The position numbers and the translations under genes are program-made. DNA of 64,000 bases, taken from positions 37,448,001 to 37,512,000 of the forward strand of contig NC_059430.1 of NCBI RefSeq assembly GCF_021028975.2, written 5' to 3'. Below the pieces are notes generated by a model. It saw only the letters and a program-made list of their open reading frames with translations, had not been told where the DNA came from and did not search any database. Origin of the DNA: Sphaerodactylus townsendi. Lineage: Eukaryota. Each line of letters opens with the position of its first letter. Position 1 is the first letter of the stretch. Positions 48,001-58,600 of the stretch are shown here, one piece after another.

Positions 48001-51000
48001 CTCTTCACACCAAGTACTTCTGTTTCTGCTAGTGAAAGATAATGTTCCTTTTTGCCTGGGTTGCCGGCCTCCAGATGGAGTCTAGATATATCCTGGAATT
48101 ACAGTTGATCTCTATACTTTAGGAATCAGTTCCCCTGGATAATATGGAAGCTTTGGAGTTCAAATTCAATGGCATTGCATCCCTGCTGAGTTCCTTCCCG
48201 TCTCCAAGCTGTGCCCTTAATCTCTAGGAATTTCCCAGGTTGCAATTGGTAAACCCCCCCCCCCCCACACACACACACACTTTCCTGCCTCCCGCTGAAT
48301 TCCATCAGTCTCCTCAAAACACTGCTTCTGGGGGACAGGGCACCCTCTGAGGCAAGAAGAGGGCACTCCCTTTGCACTGGCAGAAAAGTTAACTGGATCC
48401 AATCCACAACACATGGATTTCAAAATGTAAGTGTGGTTGAAGGCAAGAGAAGAGGGTACAGAAATACAAAATGGATTCATGGTAGCCAGGGCAGGTGGGA
48501 AGGAGGGACAAGGGCCATTGGAAAGGCCCCACGATCACAGGAAGCCACCTGACCATTGCTCTGCCTATACATTTCAGTCTCTTTGCTGTAGCCAAGAGGA
48601 AGAAAGAACTAAGACTGAATCTACACAGGCAGTAAAATGATGGTAGAGCCCTAAATGGACTAAGTGGGCCAAGGATACCATTTTGGGATGCGCTTATGTA
48701 TTAACCCTGCCTATTTGCTGTAGACCTTTTACAAAGAGAAGTGTTATAATCTTAATGCAATTGCTACATGTGTAGACCAAGGCTAATTTTTAACATGCCC
48801 ATTTCTAGGCATTACTGAGCATTAACGGAGAGGTTTCAGTTGCCCATTTCCATCTATGATCCTTTCCATATGGGTTACTTGCCTCAGGTTCAATGCTATT
48901 GTTAAGCATTTCCCCCCTGCTTCTCAACCGCATTGTGGTACATTTCTGAACCCCCTGGATTTTCATCTTTCCTAGGCTGATTTTTCCCAAATATGCGTTT
49001 CTGGGAAGTTTTGTAAAAGATTGCCTCAAAGGCTGCAATGGCCTGCCTCTCTCCTTGCAGCAGGCATCAGGGGGCAGGGAGTGTGTGTGTGGGGGGGGGG
49101 GGGGGGTTGGGGTTTTTTAAATCAGCAATTGAATATTGTTATAATGTCCTAACAAACTGTTATCAGTTTCTCTGAATTTCTCTGAATTTCTAGCTTTCAT
49201 TTTTTTTTAATTAACTCTCTGGTTCTTTTCATTGCAAACATATTATGCCTTTTCCTTTATTTCTTCATAATGAAAGGGGCTAGAATTGGTTAAAAAAAAT
49301 GAAATTTGGGGAATCTGGTTATGCAGAATGATATAAAATTATACCAATATTTAATTGCTAAGTTAAAAAAACCCCTAAAAAACCACCCTGGTGCAGGGGG
49401 TAGCTACTGCTAGAAGTGTGAGGCAAGGAAAATGTGGAGAAACCTGCTACGTAGAGCCTCATTGCTGCTGTATACAAGCCTGTCCCCATCTAGAAAGCGC
49501 CTAAGTGTAAATCTAAGCAGTGTGCCTGTATGGCCCTGCACAGGATGGCTTGTACTACAGGGCTGAAGTAATTCCTGCTTTGTGCCTGTGTGATTATTGT
49601 TAGGGGATTGCAGGTAGGCAGGAGTGATGGGAATATTGATGAGATGTCCTTTATAAGTTGGCACCCTCAGGGATTTTCTTGTCTTTTCCCCATTCTTTTT
49701 CCTCTGCGGCAGAATTTGTTCGATAGCATCAAGAACGAACCGTTTTCCATCCCCGAGGACGATGGGAATGATCTCACCCACACTTTTTTCAACCCCAGTC
49801 GGGAAGGCTGGCTCCTTAAACTAGGTAATGCTTGTTTTTTGCTGAAAATCTTCCTGCTGCCCTCTGCGCTAAGTAAACCCTCTCCTGAGGCAAGCCTCCT
49901 AATTAGTTTAAGACCGCTGCAGCAGTCTGCCTTTCTCTGTGGTGGGGTGACAGTGACCCCTAGCGTTCAGCTTGAGTGTGTATTCCCTGGAGAGTCCCTT
50001 TTCTGAATGCACAAGCTGCTTTGGCTTGGATGAAGGAGAGAGATGCCGTACTGTGCTCTCAGCTGCCCCTGTTCTCTGTCTGTATTCTGGTGGTGTGGGG
50101 AAAGAGAGCAAACAGAATGTGTTTCTCGAGAAGATCTTTGAAGAATAATATTATCAGAGTATGGGCAGAGCACAGATCAGTCGACACGGAGACCCTGCTT
50201 CATGATTTAGAATTCTCTTCTATCTGAACCCAGGGACTTGGGTGTATAGCTGTGTGTGTTTACGCACATGTGCGTGCATGCAGTTTTGTTCCCCAAACCC
50301 TCTGAGACAGGCTACACAGCAAATATCACAGCTGGGCAAGGATTTGATTCTGTCAGAAGATACCCTTCTTGCTGCAGCACATCGCTACATCACACTCACA
50401 CTGAAATTAGCTTTGATACAGAGATGAGCATTTGATTTCGGCACACCTGATAATGTAGGTATTGCTTTTCAGCCATCTTGTTATGGACTGTTTTGAGGGA
50501 GAGCAAGCAGGATGCATAGATAATAATCATGGACACTTCTGAAAATGCACAGTTTGACAAGATCCGTGAAGTATAAGATTTTTGCTGCTGTTGTTGTTGT
50601 GCATGTTTGTAAAGAGACTACCAGCTCACCCACTTTAGCTAACCCACTTTGATCCTTTTCCTGTAGGGGGCAGAGTGAAGACTTGGAAGAGGCGTTGGTT
50701 CATCTTGACTGACAACTGCTTGTACTATTTTGAATACACCACGGTAATGGCTCCATTAAAACAGACCTTATCAAAGAGATATGTCCCCAGAGGGTGAGAG
50801 AAGGATACTCTCCTTATCTCACAGCTGGAATTTGAACCTGAGGAGATCAGGCCTGAAGCTACGGATGCTTGAATGGCCTGTCCAGCTGAGCCCAGATATA
50901 TTCAGTAGGGAACATGGTACAGCCACCGGGAGCCCCTGAATCACAGGAGGCTACAAGACCCCTGGAAGGAGAAATGATCCTGAATGGTTCAGTACACAAG

Positions 51001-54000
51001 TTGAAGTTTCTTTTTTATTTTGTTTGGGGTTTTTGGAGTTCAGACCCCCATTGCTTTGTGTGTGCAGGCAAGGAGCCACTGCCTCCTACCTGTTTTATCA
51101 CTTCTGTTTGCTGTTCTGTGCTTCGTAGGGGAGTGCAGAGAATGGATTAACGATTGTAAAAGCAGGAGCTCAGTTGCCTGAACATGGCATTGACAAATGT
51201 ATAGCCCTTCATAATACTTTGGCAGATGGTTCCTTCCACAGTGAGACTGTGGCATTTCTCTCCTCGGCCGTTTCTGCACGGCCCCCTCGCGCCCCCACGC
51301 CGGCAGGAGTTCCGTCGGCGTGGGGGCGGGAGCCTGCTCGCACGCAAGCGTGCGAGCAGGCAACGGGGAGGCCGGCAGAAGGCAGGGCGGCTCAGCTTCG
51401 CTTGCTGTGTCTTCCTTGTCGCCTGCCGGGCGTCAGCAGCCTCGCCATCGCTGCCCTCCGACCCCTGGAGGTCGGAGGACAGTGTGGGCGGGCTGCGACG
51501 CCTCGCAGGCTTACGAGGAAGACACAGGCATGGGAGGAGAAAGAGTCGCCCGGGCGCTGTTCGCACCGGGCCAGGGAAGACGATCCTCCCAACAACAACC
51601 CTTTAAAGGGTTAGTTGTTTAGGCGGCTTGACGCCTGGGGAGGGAAGAGGCATCAGGTCGCCGCTGCTGCGTTGCAGCAGCGGCGCCTGTGCGAACGGCG
51701 GCCTGGGGGCGCCTTTTTTGGCGCCCCCAGGCCGTCGTAAACGGGCTGTGCAGATACGGCCCTCTACACTCACCACTCTATGGCAGTCTCAGCTCCCATT
51801 CAATGAGTAGGGTTATGGGGAGCTCCAAAGGTCTCTTGGAAAGGCACAAAAACTGGTATTGTGTTCACATTAAGGAAGGTACTCACCCATGATTTGCACT
51901 GTTTTTTTCCAGGATAAGGAGCCTCTAGGGATTATTCCCCTGGAAAACCTCTCCATTCGGAAAGCAGATGACCCAAAGAAGCCAGTAAGCTAACTGCTGC
52001 TAACTTTGTGACTAGGATTTCCTTCATCCCCAGTCCAGGCCAAGCCGCATGCTACAAAATCCTCCTATCCAGCAAATATTCTGGGAATTATATGATCAAA
52101 ACGTAATTCCTGGGCACATTTGTGAGTTTGGATTAGGAGTGCAGCATGTGAGGACCAGGGGTTTAAACCTCCCGCCCTGTTCATCAGTTCTCTTCCAACT
52201 TGAAATGGCCCAGGGACAGTTGTGGGATTCAGCAGGTTCGCACCACTTCGACAGAACCGGTTGTTAAAATGGTGCTTGTAAACAACCAGTTGTTACATTA
52301 TTTTAATCCCACCACCGGAACCGGTTGTTAAATTATTTGAATCCCACCACTGCCCAGGGAACCGCTATTTGCCCTGCTGGGGAAACCTGCATGTAGCTTA
52401 TCAGTACATAAAATTTTCCAGTGGGGAAAAGAATGTCACCTTGACCATTCAGGTCAGAAAGATAACATGGAGAAGTGTGCTATAGGCCTTCTCCCCACGT
52501 CATGCCATGGTCACCTGGGACTTAAATTCTGAGCACAGTGTTCATCTCTGGTATCATAGGGGACATGAGGACTTTGTAATATGGGACTTTGTAATTTGTG
52601 TGCCCAAGGGAGTTACTGTGTGTCAGTGGGACTTTGCTGTCGTGTGGAACAAACCCTTGGCTTTAGTTTTGGGTATGTGTGATTATGTTTGCCATCCAGA
52701 AACATTTTCCTGGTCCAACCAGTAAAACTGTATTTTGTGAGGTTACCAATATTGTGGTATGAGAAGCCAGCCAAAAAATAATCCAAATTTAAATAATTTA
52801 TTTACAGATCACTGTTCTTCCTTCCCCTTGTTCAACAAAATCCAGGATCCTCCACACTCTTGCCTCTTCTGTTCCATCCTTAACAAAACAGGTTCTTTCA
52901 GGCTTTGCCCTTGAGTCACAAGAGCTCTCTGCTGGCTCCAGTCTGAAGCAGTCAGAGAGTCAATATTTCTGAACTTCAAAAATTGTCAGCCCTCTATTCA
53001 AAACTCTCAGGGAGGAGGAGTAGATCAAGTGATACTTAACTGGGCCAGTTTCTCCTCCTTCCCTACTCCTCTTCAGGCCCTTAGCTGTGCTAAAATTATT
53101 GTCTATGGCCTTAGAAATGTTAAAAGACAAGAACGATAAATGAGCCCATTATGAATTGGTGAGAAAGAGCAAAACGCAAAATACAAACTGCTGTCTAGTA
53201 TGCACCTTCAGTCATTTGAATAATGTTAACACCACAAAAAGTAATTTTAATTTAAAACGTGTTCAAGTGGCTTGTCTGTCATCCCTGTGCATTTCCCCTA
53301 ACTGGACAGAACCAGAGACAGAGTGAGGGGGAACTGTGCCTGGTGCGTACGTGCGCCCTGAGCCCCTCCAAGCCCCTGTCCGCCCCCGGAACATCCCTGG
53401 AACATCCCACCACACCCCCACCATGCCTTGGCAGGGGCGCATGCCCGGATTGCCTCGCACCTCCCCCCTTGGCGCCTCTGGACAGAACACAGAGAGGCTA
53501 AAGCGGGCATATTTCTTGCTGAGTCATTAGCTAGAAGGTTGCCTTGTTTTTCGTTCTATCTCCATAAAGCAGAGTCCTAGACTGGAGACTTACTTTTTTC
53601 AAGCAAAAGCTCAGCATTTAGGGAAGGACTTGTTTGACTAGCCCTATCCTGTTCTTTCTGCCTCTGCTCATTCAGTGCACACTGAACCAAACTAGATCTG
53701 ACAGCATCCTCCTGTCCCCCCAGCTATTTCAGCACCTGAAAAGGTGTATGTGGGAGGTATCATCACTTTTAATCTTTAAAATGATGGCAGCATCCCTGTG
53801 GTGGATGCAAGGATGATGTTGTGTCTAGTGTTGCTCTGCCCTTGAGGGACACCTATAACAAATCTGAGACAACAGAAGATTTCTAAATCCCATTTTAGAA
53901 ACTTACAGTGTCCTAAAGCAAGCACCTGACATTTTCAAATTACGTTTGCATGTATGGATCTTCTGATACGAGTATTACCACGAAAATATACTTGAGTTTA

Positions 54001-55622
54001 AGGAAGTAGTTTGGGAAGCAGCCCTTGGTGATTGTTTTGATGCTGCCTACTCGGATCTTGAGAGAACCCACCCCCTTTCACAGCATTTCAATTGGGATTG
54101 TCTCATTGGAAAGCTTACACTGTTCAAGATAAGAACAAAAGAGTCCTACGAGCAGCTTTTCTCAAAGAGTGGAGCATGATTGATTCCCAGATTGCTTGAT
54201 AGCTTAGCTAAAAGTAGGCTTGACAGAAAGGGACACGGTTGCTGTAATAGGATTTCAAATCATGTTTGGTGCCAGATCTTTCTGGAAATTACTGGGAAAG
54301 AGGAGAAAATGGAAGCAGTGAAGATTATCTTACAAAGCTGACATCAAACTGCCCAACTTTCTGGCTTTTTGAGTATATATGTTAACAAGGCATCAGGCTG
54401 GATTATCCTTGCTAAGGATAAGGAATAGAAGGGCCCTTCAGGTGGGCAGCCACCTCTGATCCCAAAAGGATTTCAAACCAGTAATGCCATTTTGCATTAG
54501 AAAAGTGATCTATTTTATTTGTATTTAGGACAACTCCCAAGAGTTCAGGGCAGCGTACATCACTCTGCCTCTGAATGTAGAGCTCCGGTTTGTGTAAAGT
54601 GCTGTCAAGTCACCCAGTAGGGTTTTCAACACATCAGACTTAACAGAAGTGGTCTGCCGCAGCCTTCTTCGGCATGGCAACCTTGGTATGCCTTGGAGGT
54701 CTCCCAGCCACATACTAACCTGGACTGACTCTTCTTCGATTCTGAGGTCTGCCAAGATCAGGCTAGCCTGAGCTATCCAAGTCGGGGCTTAGAAGTCCTA
54801 CTTAGTTGTTATTCCTAATGCTGAATGATAAACTAGTCCCTCCATAAATCTGCCCAGCTCCCTTTTAAATCCATTTAAGGAAGCAACCGTCACTGTATTT
54901 AGTGGCAGTGAGCCTCACAAGTCAATTCCCCACTGATGAATTAGTACTTCCTTCCTTTCTGTCCTGAATCTATTACCAATCCGTTTCATGGGACGACCCT
55001 GAACTCTAGTGCCACAGGAAAGGTAGGAACAGTTTCTCTCTGTTCCCTTTTTCTATACTACACATAATTCAGTAGACCTGTTACGTTAAATAAAAACTCC
55101 TTGACTCACACTGAATGGGACTTCCTCCTGAGTAAGCCTACACAGGAGTTACTGCAATCTAATGTGCTTAACTTGATCTCTTTTGAGTGGCATTCTGGAA
55201 TCACTCAAATTCTAAAATCTTCTTGAGATAAGATCTTGTACAAACAAAACCTCCATAGTCTGATGGCTAGAGTGCTTAGCTTTGCCACTCAGATATGAAA
55301 ATGTGGAGGGTTATCTTAGGCAAGCTGTCACCTCTCAGCTCAACCTACCTAACAAGGTTGTTGTGTGAAGTCAAGTCATAAATATGACACATCAATTAAA
55401 CTGCAGCTTCTACTGCAAATACCCTCTAAGCTGCAGTCTAAATGCACAGTAGTAAGATATTATGGATGGTGATTATCCCAGGGTCAAAGAGTCAGTCAGT
55501 GTCATGAAAATAATAATTTTCAAGACCTCTAGCATCCTTGGCATTGGATCATATGAGATTTATTACATATGAATATGTGAACATATAATGAATAATGCCT
55601 TGGCATATTTAATTACAGCACA

Positions 55623-55654
<32 letters not shown>

Positions 55655-58600
55655 CACACAGAGGGTACTGAAACTCATGCTCTGATCCTCTTCAATTATC
55701 TCCCCTTAGAACTGTTTTGAGCTTTTTAATGAAAACTGCAAGGGCCAGAAGATCAAAGCCTGCAAAACCGATGGGGATGGGAAGGTGGTTGAAGGCAAGC
55801 ACCAGTCTTACAAGATCTCAGCCGCCTTGCCAGAGGAGCGTGACCTATGGATTGAAGCAATCAGGTAAGGGGAGAAGGTGAAAGGGCTTCCTCTGTGGAG
55901 ATAGGAGTGTATTGATCTTATGGGACCAGACAGCAACAGCATGGCATGTATTCTTCCAAGGAGACACGCTCAGGAATAAAGTACATGGGAGTTTTCCAGT
56001 CACAGATTGGGAGTCTAATGTGAATCTAATGGCGGGCATCAATGTCCATCACATACTACTTGATTGTCTTATCACTGGGCAACTATGGGGCAAGTGATCA
56101 ATCTTATGATGAAACGCAATTCCCCATCCACCATCTGTGGTCTTTGGATTGCCAAGTTCTGGCTGCTCCCTCATTTAAAGAAGCAGTCTGAAGCAGCTCT
56201 AGTCATAATGAAGTCTCACGTTATTCAGCGGGGCTTGCTCCCAGTGTATGGCAGCAGGCTGAATGAGAAACTTATTCAGCTTATTCTCATTCAGTGAGGC
56301 TTATTCTGGACAAGTGTGACATTCTGGTGGTTGGATTGGTAGCTGATCAGGAGACTGGGAGACAGCCTATACAGGATGGGATAAGTAGTTTCTGGTGCAG
56401 TGTGGAGTGCAATGAAATCCACACTTACAAATCTCAACTGTAATACATGGAACTTTTTTTTTATAGCTGGGGCTGGTTCTCCAGCTGTGTCCCATCATCA
56501 AAGTGGGATCCAGCAATAGTGATCTGAGTGAAAATCACTTCCTGATTAGATTGTTGCAATGTGCTACATGTAGGGCTAGAAACTTTAAATGGTTCTGAGC
56601 GCAGCTGCCTGCTTATTGCCTAGAGTCAGTTATCAACAAATTATCACTCAGCTTTAAAGATCTTTGCCGGTTATCAGGCCCAATTCAAAATGCTGGTTTT
56701 GACTGATAAACTCTATAGTCTGGGAGCAGAGTGTTTATGGCACCACTTCCTATTTTATTGTCTTGCCTGGATGCTGAGGCTGTTATCACAGGCTGTTCCC
56801 TCCTTCAAGTGAAATAAGGAGAGTTGCCATAAGGGAGACAGCCAGAGACCTTTTTCTGCTGTAGCTTCCCATTCTCAGAAATGTCTTCCCTTTGGAAGTC
56901 CATGTGGACCCTCTCTGGCTCTTTCAGATGTGGATACAGATGCATCTATTTGGACAAGCTTTTTGCTAAGCATTCCAATTATTTTTCAGAGTCGTAATGT
57001 AATGACTGATTTCGTGCCAACAACTGTTCTTTTTATTGATTATGGTTTTCTTTTTCTAAGTCACATCAAGTCCATTGTGCGGAGGTGGTAGTTTAAGTAA
57101 ATAATTCAGCATTTAAGGGTTGTGCAGATTAGAAGTACATGGTATAGATGCGTAGAAGTACATAGTATAGGTAAAAAAGACCTGCAACAAGCCCTGCACC
57201 TATACAAATGTGTGTACATATTCCACATGATTGCAGGGTCCTGATCACTAATTCATCAGGGTCCTGATCACCAACATACATAAATCCATATGCACCAAAA
57301 GACCCATCTAGTCACTAAAATGTGGTGCCCAAAACCCCATGTGTAAATGGATAATGTATGACCTGTAGGCAGCCCTATATGTGCTGTCATCTTTTCTTTT
57401 CTTTTTTTTTGTGAAAGGGCAATGTGTATTTTCCAGGTTTGGTATGAATGATCAGGAATTCCAATTAGTGTTCATGAATATCAAAGCTGGAAAATATACC
57501 CACTTCCCTATTCACACGAAATAACAGCCTTGGATATGAGGAGGATGTTGTGTGGTACAATCTTTTTTCTCTTCTGATTTAAGTGATAAAATTGTAGCGA
57601 CTGAAAAGGGCTTAGAACATTCAGGCATGTGTGTGTAGGCATTTGTCTGGATGCACAGAAACTAGGGATTAAGGCGAGAAATGCCACCTCCGCAGGATAG
57701 ACACTGTTCTCAGATTCTTTGGAACCGGGCAATACCAGCCAAAGTTGATTCCATGGGAGTCAGAGCTCACTGCACTTTTAAGAAATTTGTTGAAAAATAA
57801 TGTATTATTCAGTGGATACCAGAACATCAGAAGGCCTTTAAAATGGTTAAACAGCAGTTGTGTCAGGCACCTTTACGTCAATATTTTGATAGTACAAAAC
57901 CAGTATTTGTGCAGGCGAATGCGTCAGAATATGTCCTGGGAGCATGTTTGCTTCAGGAGAATAGGCTGGTATCCTATGCTTTGTGGTCAGTTAATTCATC
58001 AGAACAAAATTATGCTCAGATAGAGAAGGAACTGCTTGCTCAATTGAATACAATGAGAAAATTCCATCAGTATGTGTTTCATAAGGTTGTTTTAGCTCAG
58101 ACTGATCATAAACCGTTCAAAGTAATGTTTTAAAAAATGAGTTTGTGATTCTCCTGCTCGTTTGCAGTGTATGCGTCTACAGCTTTAGAGGTATTAACTT
58201 AATGTAGTCTATACCCCATCTACCTTGCTGATACATTATCATAAGCTATTGTGGATTCTCCTGTAAGTGATGAAGAACTGGTAGAAGGTGAGACAGTAGT
58301 ATATGAATTCAGTATAATAGCTATGCACACAGAAGGAGTAGCTACTATACAGGAAGCCACAAGTCAAGATTGTCAATATCAAGTGGTAGTAGCCCTTAAA
58401 AGGCACATACGGCCACAGTATTTGAGAGATCTCCTCCCCCCCTCCCCATTGCAAGGCCATTTTGGTCTGTGAAGAATTCTTTATTCTGTAAAGATGGTAT
58501 TCTTTATATGGGTGAAAGGGTAGTTATTCTTTTGCCCCAAAGGTGAAATATGCTTTCTCAGCTTCATGATTCACATCAGGATACGCGGAGAAGTAAAGCT

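Noticed and set aside
49825-50666. 3-nt glycine microexon (GG/GGG PH switch known in CYTH1-3)
   Set aside because: No ag|GNG|gt candidate found by eye in intron 9; only the diglycine form is supported.
51040-51892. Cluster of overlapping 100-146 aa ORFs
   Set aside because: Caused by stop-codon scarcity in a GC-rich MITE.
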